A stretch of 64,000 nucleotides of DNA, taken from Octopus vulgaris. Its lineage: Eukaryota. Each line of letters opens with the position of its first letter. The stretch's first letter is position 1. Position numbers and translations under genes: made by a program. The notes beneath the pieces are model-generated. The model was not told where the DNA came from and made no database searches. It saw only the letters and a list, made by a program, of their open reading frames with translations. The DNA lies in assembly GCA_951406725.2 (NCBI GenBank), contig OX597842.1, positions 6,944,001-7,008,000 of the forward strand, written 5' to 3'. This document shows, in pieces, positions 40,375 to 53,640 of the stretch.

Positions 40375-41500
40375 ATATATATATATATATTTATCCACCC
40401 ATGCTAGCATGGAAGGCAGACATTAAATGACGATGATGATATTTATGTGTATGTGTGTCTCTGTGTTTGTCCTCCACCACCATTTGACATATGATGTTGT
40501 TGTGTTTAGCATACATCCCCATAACTTAACAATTCAGCAAAAGAGACTGATAGACTAAGTACCAGGGTTTAAAAAAAACAATAGGTACTGGACTAAAAAT
40601 TCTTCAAGGCGGTGCCCCAGCATGGCCGCTGTATAATGACTGAAACAAGTAAAAGATAGAAGATATCAAATAAACACTGAACATTCCACAAACTTTTTTT
40701 ATTGAGAATTAAAAAACACCATCTTATGCTGTTAATTAACATTGACTTTGCCATATGCAATTACCTTGATTATGTAATTAAGTGATATCAATAATTATAT
40801 GTATTTGTTGAATACAAAAGAAGATAGAGTGTGCTCAGGATTTTGGTTTGTTAAGGTAGTGAGCCGACAGAATTGTTAGTATACTGGGTGAAATACTTAG
40901 TGGAATTCTGTCTGTCTTTATGTTCTAAGTTCAAATTCCACCAGGGTCGACTTTGCCTTTCATCCTTTTGGGGTCGATAAATTAATCGGCTGGCCCCAAA
41001 ATTTTGTGCCTTGTGCCTAGAGTAGAAAAGAAGTGTTAGCCCACCAGGCAAAAGGCTTAGTGGCAGTTTATCCATACTTTCTCTCTCTTACTCTTATACT
41101 TGTTTCAGTCATTTGACTGTGGCCATGCTGGAGTACCACCTTTAGTCAGGCAAATTGATCCCAGGACTTATTCTTTGTAAGCCTAGTACTTATTCTATCT
41201 CTTTTGCTGAACCGTTAAGTTACGGGGACGTAAACACACCACCATCAGTTGTCAAGCGATGTTGGGGGGATAAACACAGACACAAACATATATACACACA
41301 TACATATATATATACTTATACATGACGGACTTCTTTCAGTTTCCTTCTACCAAATCCACTCACAAGGCTTTGGTCGACCCGAGGATATAGTAGAAGACAC
41401 TTGCCCAAGTTCCATGCAGTGGGACTGAACCCGGAACCATGTGGTTGGCGAGCAAGCTACTTACCACACAGCCACTCCTGCGCCTCTATTAACTATAAAA

Positions 41501-41798
41501 ACAGTTTTCCTTGCATCTTCTTCAGGTAGCTTTTAAATGACTGTGAAGAAATTACTCAAACATGTTTTTTTCTATAACTTCATCTTCTGCCTCTACAAAT
41601 GCCTCAAAATGTGCAAAAATGCTGTAAATTATCAAATTCAGAAAACTTTTCATGTAGATGTAAATTACAGTCCACCCCCATCTCTCTTTGTGGAGGCAGA
41701 AGAGGAAGTAACAGAAAAGACTTGTTTAAGTTGTATTTTTAGAGTAATTTCATCACAGTCATTTAAAAGCTACCTGAAGAAGATACAAGGAAAACTGT
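41501..41798. mobile_element. Fold-back element with CTGAAGA half-hammerhead in both arms
   Basis: acagttttccttgcatcttcttcaggtagcttttaaatgactgtga is inverted against tcacagtcatttaaaagctacctgaagaagatacaaggaaaactgt; inner arms also pair. Confidence 0.65.
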
Positions 41799-43424
41799 AT
41801 TTCATCTAATATAAAAACAAGCGTAGTCTTTTGCCGAACTGCTAAGTTACGAGGACGTAAACACACCACCATCAGTTGTCAAGCGATGTTGAGGGTCAAA
41901 CACAGACACACAACCATATACACACACATACATGTATATATATACATATATATATACAACAGGCTTCTTTCAGTTTCCGTCTACCAAATCCACTCACAAG
42001 GCTTTGGTCGGCCCGAGGCTATAGTAGAAGACACTTGCCCAAGGTGCCACGCAGTGGGACTGAACCCGAACCATGTGGTCGGTAAGCAAGCTACTTACCA
42101 CACAGCCACTATCCAGAATCATGCCAGACACAGAAGAGGAGAGAAAATAGTAATTCAGTGAAGGAAAAGTAGTGAGAGTAATAGCCCTGACTGAGAGGGA
42201 GTGAGAGAAAGTAAGAGCAATGAGAGAAAAGAACGAGTGATAGATGAATAAGGAAGGAAGGGGTGAAAAAATCAGCATTTCAACTCTGTGTAAGTATATG
42301 TGTGTGCGTGTACAAGGGAAGTATGTGAATGTTTGTATGTGTGTTTATTATGTGCCTTATTTATATATAAGATACTGCAATTAGCCATCATTATTGATGA
42401 TACATGATCAGCTAGTAGGTAATAAATAAGTAGAGGTGTTTTTTTTTCCGTTTTTTCCATTTTCCCATGCATTTGTAGAGACAGAAGATATTGTCACAAA
42501 GTTCTAAGATTTTACACTAGTTATTTTGATGTCCATTCACAAATTTTCTGCACGACCAGCATGAAATCAAAAATCGTAAAAAAATCTCTCCACCCAACTG
42601 TCAAGTTTTAAATATAGTTGGGGTTTTTTTCTGTTTTTACATTCTATGTTCAAATTGTATCGAGATCAACTTTACCTTTCATCCTTTCAGGGTTGATAAA
42701 TTAAGCACCAGTTTAGTACTGGAGTCAATGTAATCGACCTAACCCCTCTTGCCAAAAACTTCAGGCCTTGTGTCTATAGTAGAACAGACTATTATTATTA
42801 AGATGTGTGTGGTAAGTAGCTTGTTTACCAACCACATGGTTCCGGATTCAGTCCCACTGCGTGGCACCTTGGGCAAGTGTCTTCTACTATAGCCTCAGGC
42901 CGACCAAAGCCTTGTGAGTGGATTTGGTAGACAGAAACTGAAAGAAGCCCGTCGTATATATGTATATATATATATGCATGTGTGTGTTTGTGTGTCTGTG
43001 GTTGTCCCTAGCATTGCTTGACAACCGATGCTGGTGTGTTTATGTCCCTGTTACTTAGCGGTTCAGCAAAAGAGATAGAATAAGTACTGGGCTTACAAAA
43101 GAATAAGTCCCGGGGTCGAGTTGCTCAATTAAAGGTGGTGCTCCAGCATGGCCGCAATCAAATGACTGAGACAAGTAAAAGAGTAAAGAGTAAGGTGGCA
43201 AACTGGCAGAATCATTAACACACTGGGCGAAATGCTTAGTGGTAATATATTCATCTTTCTGTTCTGAGTTCAAATTCCAACAAGGTTGACTATGCCTTTC
43301 ATCCTTTTAGTGTTGATAAAAATAAGAACCAGTTGGATGCTGGAGTCGATGTAATTGACTTACCCCCTCCTCTGAAATTGCTGGCCTTGTGCCAAAATTT
43401 GAAACCAATATTTCGGTCAGTCTC

Positions 43425-43620
43425 AACCATCACACAATCTACCACTACACCACTGGATTACCACCACCATCACCACCACCACCACCACAACCACCACCAT
43501 CACAACTACCACCATCACACACGATAATCACCACAACAACTACTACCACCACCACCATAACAACTATACATCACCATCACAACCACCACCATCACCATCA
43601 CCACCACAGCCACCACGACT
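43425..43620. repeat. (CAC/CAT)n low-complexity tract
   Basis: Seen directly. Confidence 0.9.
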
Positions 43621-43831
43621 CACTCCCACTATATATTTTACAGCTGGCAAGTTTTGGCAGTTTATGTGAGTTGTTGCTACGGTAACATGTTTATGACTTG
43701 AGCAAACACAGGAACAGGAAGTGAGCCTATGGCAGCAGCAGCAGCAAGTATGGTTGTAGGTGGACTGCCATATATGGGCATGGCACCTTGATATCTTATA
43801 CCCTTTCCTTCATACACACACACACACTCAC

Positions 43832-43886
<55 letters not shown>

Positions 43887-44499
43887 TACATATATATATA
43901 TACACACACACACAAACACAGGTAGGAATATATACACACATATCAACACACGTTTGTATTAACTCAGCTCACATAGATTGTATATTGTGTATATAATCTA
44001 TCTGTGAACACCATAATATATCCTTGTTGCCATATGTTGAGTCTACACAGAAAAACGATCATATATACACCCACACACATACACTAATATATATACATAC
44101 ATGTTTGTGTGTGTATGTGTTTGATTGTGTTAGTGTGTGTGTGTGTGTGCAGGTATATATGTGTGTGTTTGTGTATATGTGTGTATTTGTGTGCATGTGT
44201 GTTTGTGCGTATATGTGTGTGTGTAAGTGTGTATGTGCTTGTGTGTGTGTATGTATGTATGTGTGTGTGTGTGTGTGTGTGCGTTAGGAAGTGGGATGGA
44301 CAGATGGTTGTGAATACTAAATTTTTTCCCTAGTGAAGAATGTACCACTCCAGGTTGTGATTAGTGACTTTGAAGTAAAAGAGCTGGGCGTTAGTAATAA
44401 TATGTGATTGGTATGGTTAGTCCAAATTACTCAGTAAGGAGCATAGGGCCAGTTTTACGTTTTTCTAGCATATATATTCCTCCTTAGACATTACAATTT

Positions 44500-44845
44500 A
44501 TTAACGAAAAAAAAAAAGCATCGGAGGTATGAGACATACCCTGCGCGCACACAAGGATAAAATAAAATTTGATTTAATAATCTCTGACGAATTGATATTT
44601 CCACAACATGACATCAAGAGTTATTTCTCCTGCTTATTATTTATGAATATGTAACAAAGAAAAAAAAAACACATTTTGATTCATCAAACCAAAATTTAAT
44701 GAGTTCGAGCCAATCACTCAATGAATATTTCTGCCAATTTTGGTGAAAATCCGTTCAGCCGTTTTCCAGTAATTTTGCAAACACACAGACAAATATGAGC
44801 GGCTACAATACCCTACTTTTGCTTACATACGCAGAGTAATTAAAC
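44500..44845. mobile_element. Possible Helentron-associated (DINE-1/HINE-like) non-autonomous element
   Basis: TTTGGTGAAAATCCGTTCAGCCGTTT...CACACAGACA...AATACCCT...GCAGAGTAAT layout; subterminal ATACCCT motif occurs near both ends. Confidence 0.35.
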
Positions 44846-45556
44846 ACAACTGACATAAACACCTTCCCTCTCCACATATACATAAAAAGAAAGAGAGACG
44901 GAGAAGGAGAGAACAAGAGAATCATTACAATGTCTGATGTCAAATAAGTGAGCATCAAATCTATGAACCAAATAGATTGGGCCAAAGCATCTCATTTCCT
45001 TCCTTGGTCACCCCATGTTTGGTGCTTAATTCTTACCCTCCGTATACAACACATGTCAAGGTTCATGGCTTAGTGTTTAGAGTATTAGACTGATGATTGC
45101 AAGATTGTGGTTTCAATTCCTGGACCAGGTGATGCATTGTATTCTTGAACAAAACACTTAATTTTCATATTGCTCATGTCCACTGGCTGATAAAAAGGAG
45201 CGAGTACCCTGATCAGGACTGACCTCGGGCTAAATAACCACTTTATTCCTCAATAGTGACTACTACAGTATACATTACATGATGTAATCTTAGATACACT
45301 ATGTCGGAATAAAAGTTGGAATGGTCATGATTGGAGTATTTTATTGGTAGGTCTGCTGGATCAAGTGTTACCTGGTGATAACGAACAACCTCTACTTTTA
45401 GGTGCCATTCACCATTCAAGCCCTGTGGTAAGAAGCTTGCTTCCTAACCACATGGTCCTAAGTTCAACCCCAGAGTGTTCACTACTATTGCCTCTGGCCA
45501 ACCAAAGGCCTTTTGTAGATGGAAACTGAAAGAAGCCCGTCTTGTGTATATGTGTG

Positions 45557-45606
<50 letters not shown>

Positions 45607-45632
45607 CATATGTATGTATATATATATATATG

Positions 45633-45689
<57 letters not shown>

Positions 45690-45691
45690 AT

Positions 45692-46490
45692 CAATTGAGG
45701 TCATCGAGGATTTCTGCAGTCTTGGACGTTTTCTATCACCAACTGCAGGATCTGGTAAGGATATCAAACATCGCATCCAATCAGGTCATGCCTCTTTTGG
45801 TCGTCTCAAAACCAGGGTCTTTTGCAACAAGGATCTGACATTCAAAACGAAGCTCATGGTCTATCGGGTTATTGTCGTATCAACTTTGCTGTACGGGTGT
45901 GAAACCTGGACTGTTTACCGTAAGGACATGAAGAAACTAGAGCGCTTCCATCAATCCAAACTTCACTCAATCCTAAACATCAACTGGGAAGATCGCATCA
46001 CTAACAATTCTGTGCTTGAAAGATCAGATCTCCTGAGCATCAAAGCCTTGATCATTGAACATCATCTCCGAAGGTCAGGTCACGTCCGTCGGATGAATGA
46101 ACATCGCCTTCCCAAGATCTGTCTCGATGGTGAACTGTCTAGAGGAAAATGTCCTCGTTGTGTCCCCTTGAGGCGGTACAAGGACCAGCTCAAATCAACC
46201 CTGAAAAGCACTGGGAATATATCTCGGCAAACAGACCCCCTCTGGAGACACACCATCAAAATGGGTTCTGCGGACTTCGAGAAAGCCCGAGTTCCAAGAG
46301 CTGAACCCAAGAGATGGGAGAGAAAGCAGCACCTTCTCCTTTCCAGACCAGCCCCTTCTATCCCCTGTCTACAATACCCCCGTATGTTTCGTGCAACATT
46401 TGGATTGCGGAGCCATCTGCGGTTCAAACACCCAGGAAAATTAACTGGATTGCAGACTTGGAAACACAAGACGCAGCCAACCAACCAATT
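45692..46490 (+). mobile_element. RTE (BovB-like) LINE 3' end with open frame and C-terminal C2H2-like knuckle
   Basis: DFCSLG...FGRLKTRVF...TKLMVYRVIVVSTLLYGCETWTVY...LERFHQ...SGHVRRMNEHRLPK...GLRSHLRFKH, then a (CCAA)n tail. Inserted in a SINE (TG)n tract. Confidence 0.9.
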
Positions 46491-46531
<41 letters not shown>

Positions 46532-49500
46532 GTGTGTGTGTGTGTGTGTCCCTCACCACAGCATCATCCCCTTGGGTTGGTGTAATTTCGTTCACGTAAG
46601 TTAGTAGTTCGACAAAAGACACCGATATAATAAGTACCAGGCTTCAAAAAATGTACAGGGCTCGATTCGTTCAACTGAAAACTTCGCAAGACGGTGCTCC
46701 AGCATGGTCACAGTCTAATGACTGAAGCAAGTAAAGGAAAAAAGAAAAGATTCGCGGAGAAATTGCGACACACACGCACAAATTGAGTAAAGTTGTGTTC
46801 TAAGGGAGACAATTCATTTACAAGGACTTATGGTTTACCTGCCCTTTAGACTACTTCCTTTTGTATTGTAAACATGATGCTATGAAGGTGACCTCTATGC
46901 GGGATTGACCTAGTAAAAATTGCAGCTAAACCTCCCTCAAATATCACCTCACAGATTAGAAAAGGAAAAGAGGCGCTGTAGGTCTTAACATCAATAATAA
47001 TATTTTCTAGTTTAGGCACAAGGACCGAAATTTGGGAGAGGGGGGGCAGTCCATTACATCGACCCCAGTACACAAATGGTACTTAATTTATCGACCCCAA
47101 AGGGATGAAAGGCAAAGTTGACCCCGTTGGAATTTGAACTCAATGTAGACGGACGAAATACCTATTTCTTTACTACCCACAAGGGGTTAAACACAGAGAG
47201 GACAAACAAGGACAGACAAACGGATTAAGTCGATTATATCGACACCAGTCCGTAACTGGTACTTATTTAATCGACCCCAAAAGGATGAAAGGCAAAGTCG
47301 ACCTCTGCAGAATTTGAACTCAGAACGTAGCGACAGATGAAATACTGCTAAGCATGCTAACATTTCTGCCAGCTCGCCGCCTTATGGGACTATATAATCA
47401 TATCCCTTAATAGTGATTACAACAATATGCATTTCATGATGTAATCCTAGATACACTATGCCTGAATAAAAGTTGGGATGGTCATGAGGGGAACATTTTG
47501 TTGATAGTGTTACCTGGGGCTAAAGCACAGCTTTTACTTTTTATCTGCCATTAACCATTCAGGTTGTCAATTAAAAAGCTCGCTTCCCAACCTCAAAGTG
47601 TCTTCTACTATAGCCTCAGGCCAACCAAAGCCTTGGGAGTGGATTTGGTAGATAGAAACTGAAAGAAGTGGATTTAATAGGTAGAAACTGAAAGGTGGTG
47701 AGTTGGCAGAAACGTTATCACGCTGGACGAAATGTTTAGCGGTATTTCATCTGACGCTACGTTCTGAGTTCAAATTCCGCCGAGGTCGACTTTGCCTTTC
47801 GTCCTTTCGGGGTCGATAAATTAAGTACCAGTTACGCACTAGGGTTGATATAATCGACTTAATCCGTTTGTATGTCCTTGTTTGCCCTCTGTGTGTTTAG
47901 CCCCTTGTGGGTAGTAAAGAAATAGGTATTTCGTCGGCCGTTACATTCTGAGTTCAAATTCCGCCAAAGTCGACTTTGCCTTTCATCCTTTTGGGGTCGA
48001 TAAATTAAGTACCAGTTACACACTTAATCCGTTTGTTTGTCTTTGTTTGTCCCCTCTATGTTTATCCCCTTGTGGGCTATAAAGAAATAAGAAACTGAAA
48101 GAAGTCCGTCATGTATATATATGTGTGTGTGTTTCCCATCTCTACTTGACAATTAGCGTTGTTGTGTTTATGTCCCCATAACCTACAGGTCTGGAAAAGA
48201 GACTAATAGAGTAAGTACCAGGCCTGGAAAGAAAAAAGTACTGGGGTTGATTTATTTAACTAAAAACTCTTCAAGGTGGTGCCCCAACATGGCCGCAGTC
48301 TAATAGCTGAAACAAGTGAAAGACAAAAGTAAGATGATGTATCTACTCTATCACTGCTGGCCTGGCCTTGAAGCACACAAAGTACTGTAATGATGGGGAT
48401 CGACGTTGCATTTCATGTTAGTGGGGTCCATAAGATGAAGTACCAGTAACATACTGGGATTATTTCAATTTGCCCTCTAGGCAGACATTTGGGAGTATGC
48501 AGAGGATACGAAATATATCTGCTACAATAGATCGCATTACAGTCACCACTTAATATGATTAAAGAATTTTACTTGTTTCAGTCATTAGACTGCGACCATG
48601 CTAGAGCACCTCCTTGGACAATTTTTCAGTTGAATGAATCAACTTCAAGTACTTTTCCTTTTTAATGCCCGATACTTATTCTATGTGGAGGCGCAATGGC
48701 CCAGTGGTTAGGGCAGCGGACTCGCAGTCAGAGGATCGCGGTTTCGATTCCCAGACCGGGTGTTGTGCGTGTTTATTGAGCAAAAACACCTAAAGCTCCA
48801 TGAGGCTCCAGCAGGGGGTGGTGGTGACCCCTGTTGTACTCTTTCGCCCCAACTTTCTCTCACTCTTTCTTACTGTTTCTTGAGTAACGCTGCGATGGAC
48901 TGGCATCCCGTCCAGCTTGGGGGAACATATACGCCACAGAAACCGGAAAACCGGGCCCATGAGCCTGGCTAGGCTTGAAAAGGGCACATAAATAAATAAC
49001 TTACTCTATGGGTCTCTTTTGCCAAACTGCTAAGTTACAGGAACATAGACACTAACAACAGTTGTCAAGAAGTGGTGGGGGGGGGACAAAGACAAAGACA
49101 AATGTACACACATACACACACATGTATATATACAATGGGCTTCTTTCAGACTCCATCTACTAAATCCACGCACAAGGCTTTCATTGGCTTCTGGGCTATA
49201 GTAGAAGACATTTGTCCAAGGTGATACACAGTGGGACTTGTTTCAATCATTTGATTGCGGCCATGCTGGAGCACTACCTTGAAAGGTTTTAGTCACACAA
49301 ATCGACCGCAGGACTTATTTTTTATAGCCTAGTACTTATTCTATCGGTTTCTTTTGCCAAACTGCTAAGTTACGGGGATGTAAACACACCAACACTCGTT
49401 GTCAAACAGTGATGGAGGTGGGGACAAAAACAGACACAAAGACACACACACATATGCAAAGGCACATACACATACATGTATATAAACGACAGGCTTCTTT

Positions 49501-49840
49501 CAGTTTCCGTCTACTAAATACACTCACAAGGCTTTGGTTGGCCCAAGATTGTAATAGAAAGCACTTACCCAAGGTGTCACACAGTGGGACTGAACCCAGA
49601 ACCATGTGGTTGGGAAGCAAGCCTCTTACCACATACCCACACCTTCCTGCTACACATCATGATCTTCCTCATCACATTCATCCTCATTGTTCTCATCATC
49701 TTTTCCTCCGAAGTTGACTTTGCCTTTCATCCTTTTGGGCTCAATAAATTAAGTAGCAGTGAAACATTGGCGTCGATGTAACTGACTTGACCCCTCCCCA
49801 ACAAAATTTCAGTTTTTGTGTCAATGGTAGAAAGGATTAG

Positions 49841-50308
49841 CTCAGAACATTGACCTCCTGGAATCTGTCCAGAGACGTGCAACCAAACGCATACCCTCCA
49901 TCAGACACCTACCATATTCTGAGCGCCTTGTTTCCCTGGGCATGGATTCACTGAAGCTCCGGCGTCTGGCGACGGACTTGGTAAACAGCCACAAAGTTAT
50001 CAACCACCTCACCAACAACAACACTGAACACCTTTTTGATCTCCATGTGTCTAACACACGTGGACATGCCTACAAAGTCAGAAAACAACACAGCTCCCAT
50101 GACTTTCGGAAACATTTTTTCACGCTCAGAGTTGCTGAAGCATGGAATAAACTGCCTGCGTCAGTTGTTGACTGCCATGACACTGCATCCTTTAAGGCCC
50201 TCATGCTTTCCGAAATCCGCCGAAACTACACCTGATTATATATACACACTTTAGATGAGTTGTAGTGCACCTGAGCACTGTACACAATTATTATTATTAT
50301 TATTATTT
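49841..50308 (+). mobile_element. CR1-clade LINE 3' end, uninterrupted frame, (TTA)n tail
   Basis: IDLLESVQRRATKRIP...YSERL...LKLRRLATDL...TRGHAYKV...RKHFFTLRVAEAWNKLPASVV. Confidence 0.92.
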
Positions 50309-50819
50309 TTATCATCATCCTCAACATCACTGTCATCTTTTTATGTCCACTTTTTCAAGCCATTGTGAAATTTGTTATAAATAAATTGCGACACACACAC
50401 GCACAAATTGAGTAATGTTGTGTTCTAAGGGAAACAATTCATTTACAAGGACATGGATTACCTGCCCTTTAGACTATTTCTCTTATATCGTAAACATGAC
50501 GCTATGAAGTTGACCTCTGCGCTGGATTGACCTGCTAAGAATTGCAGCTAAATCTCCCTCAAATATCACCTCACAGATTAGAAAAGGAAATGATACATTG
50601 CGGTTCTTGATATCAATAAAAGACGAGGTGGCCACAACTGGAATGACTACCATGACAGGTGCAGGTGTGACTGTCATGTAAGACGCTTGCTATCCAACCA
50701 CATGGTTCCAGGTTCAGTCCTACTGCGCGGTACGTTAGGCGAGTGCCATCTACTATGGCCTCAGGCCAACCAAAACCTTGTGGGTAGATTTGATAGACGG
50801 AAACTGGAATAAGCCCAGC

Positions 50820-50858
<39 letters not shown>

Positions 50859-51244
50859 CTAGCAGTATCGCCCGGCGTTGCTCGGGTTTGTAAGGGAAAT
50901 AACTATATAAGCATTTTTTAGAGTTATAGCAAAAAAATGCATTAAAAATGGAAAAAAAATTATGGTAAATTTTTTTTAAATCGTTGGCTCATCGTAGACA
51001 TTTTTAGATAGTTACTTCCCTTATATAATAGCGAAAAAAATGCATCAAAATGGAAAAAAATGATGGTACATTTTTTTTTAAATCGTAGACTCATCGTAGA
51101 CGTGCGCTAATACCCAGTAGGGCTCGATATGAATCACGACTATAAGATACCCGGTTTTGGTTAAACTGCACCGCAAAATGTGGGAGTAGTTAGGAATCTA
51201 AATCGTAGGAGACAGACACACAACTTCACTTTTATATATAAAGA
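50859..51244 (-). mobile_element. Complete non-autonomous Helitron
   Basis: Minus strand A|TCTTTATATATAAAA ... hairpin CCCGAGCAACGCCGGG ... CTAG|T; inserted between A and T with no TSD. Confidence 0.85.
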
Positions 51245-51867
51245 TATATATATATATCTTAGAAGAAATGCGGTACACAGAAAATCGGATGGTTTACAGA
51301 TATTTATTTGTATATTACATTTTTTATACATCATGTAACTTAGATCATGTATTAGCGCTTTCTCCCATTCTAGCGGGGTTTTCAAATCAAACTAAGTTCC
51401 TGTGTGAAGAGTTTTGACCATTTTATAATGGTGTTGAGTTTGTAGTGGTGGGAAGGAATATAAGACGGTACAAGAGGGTGATGGATGAGGAGAAATTGAG
51501 AGAGAGAACATGTGTGTATGTGTGTGTGTGTGTGTGTATGTGTGTGTTTGTGTGCGTGCGTGTGTGTGTGTGTTTTTGTATTTGGGATGAATACTAAAGA
51601 AAAAAAAGGAGGGGGGGAGAAGAAGAAAATAATTTTTTTGGTCTTCTGGACAGGATGTTGACTCCAAGGACGGGGGTTTAAGATCTTGGAGAAAAAGAAT
51701 TTCAGTTTTGACCATTTCACAGTGTCACTGAGTGTGTGGTGGTGGTGAGGTAGGCCATAAATTATATTTCTTTTTATCATTGTGAGAGAGTGTGTGTGTG
51801 TTTAATGAGGGGTGGTCAAATGGTTTTTTGGGTTTAGAGAAGAATTCTTTTTATGATTGTTTTGTGG

Positions 51868-51911
<44 letters not shown>

Positions 51912-52172
51912 GTCTGTGAGTTTGGAGAAGGGAAGAGAGGAAGAAAAAAAAGAGGAAGGAGAAAAAATTGTGTTGATATTTATACCACTATATATATATA
52001 TATATATTACATATACATTAAATATTAGAAAAAACACCTTTTATCGATTCAAAATGAACAATTAAATTACACCATCTAGAAAATTGCATATCATAGAAAA
52101 GTTAAAATTAAAATGACAATCAAAAAGTAAAGATTAAGTAAATTACAAAAATAATATAATGTATATAATAGG

Positions 52173-52226
<54 letters not shown>

Positions 52227-52544
52227 TAAATGCTCCACTATATTAAATTGTAAATTGAAAGATTTGTCCTTCAATGTAGGATGAGTAAAATTTCATAAAG
52301 TCCATACTTGAAAAAGAGACTCTCCTGTGTTGAGGTTCCAAATGATAGAATACAAACCGACAACTACTGAGTCTGCTGTCTGATCTTCAACTGATTTAGT
52401 CTAGTATCTCACTGATTAAATAGATATTAAGTTTTATCATACAGGAGCAACTGGTTCCACAAATCAAAGTGAAATGGTTTCATTCAAATATTAGGATAGC
52501 CTTTGTTCAATGTTGTATTTTCAAAAACCAAAACATATGTGTAG

Positions 52545-52578
<34 letters not shown>

Positions 52579-53351
52579 AATACAGTTTACTTAGCAAATT
52601 TGGTCCTTCATCTGGTACAGCTTATTATAGAGATATTTTCAGCCATTTAATTTGGGGGAGAACTTAGCTATGAAATATTTTTCCATATTCCTCCTGAAAG
52701 AGATGTCGTTCTTGGGACATTTGTAGAAGGGAAAGATCTTAAATTTCCTTCTCCACATGTAGCTAGGTATGTACTTATATATATATGTGTGTGTGTATAT
52801 TCTTTTACTCTTTTACTTGTTTCAGTCATTTGACTGTGGCCATGCTGGAGCACCACCTTTATTCGAGAAAATCGACTCTAGGACTTATTCTTTGTAAGCC
52901 TAGTACTTATTCTATCGATCTCTTTTGTCGAACAGCTAAGTTACAGGGGACGTAAGCACACCAGCATCGGTTGTCAAGCGATGTTGGGGGGAACAAACAC
53001 AAACATACACGCACACAAACACACACACATATATATATACAACGGGCTTTTTTCAGTTTCCATCTACCAAATCCACTCAGAAGGCTTTGGTCAGCCCGAG
53101 GCTATAGTAGAAGACACTTGCCCAAGGTGCCACACAGTGGGACTGAACCCGGAACGATGTGGTTGGTAAGCAAGTTACTTACCACATAGTCACTCCTATG
53201 CCTATATTAGCTCATTAGGATAGTGTTTTTGTGGCTATTGAGTTGTTTTGACTGTTATTTCTATCAATACTGATGCTGATTAGTGCCCTTGTTCACTTTA
53301 GTGACATATATATTTCTGCCTTAAGGTTTTAAAATTGCGAATTAGCCACCC

Positions 53352-53427
<76 letters not shown>

Positions 53428-53640
53428 AAGCAATAAGAAAATAGAGAGGATTAATAGGTGGTATTCATCAGCTTTTAGACATTATGTTATGTCAATTTAT
53501 TTATTTACTAAAATGACAATTACAAGAATATACATACATGTATAACATATTATGCTTTACATATATAATATAAGATACCAGTAATTATTAAAATATATAA
53601 CACAGGAATGAATATATACATACACACACATATATATACT

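Noticed and set aside
41526-41809. Exon or 90-aa ORF after ttcttcag
   Set aside because: Lies within a fold-back repeat; the apparent acceptor is the reverse complement of CTGAAGA.
45475-46599. 374-aa ORF as a host gene
   Set aside because: It is an RTE LINE 3' fragment read in frame with flanking SINE and microsatellite sequence.
52586-52766. Possible extra exon ending AG|gtatgt (FGGELSYEIFF...SPHVA)
   Set aside because: The stronger acceptors tested give in-frame stops, and the MEI1 alignment runs continuously from 36810 to 60420 without it.
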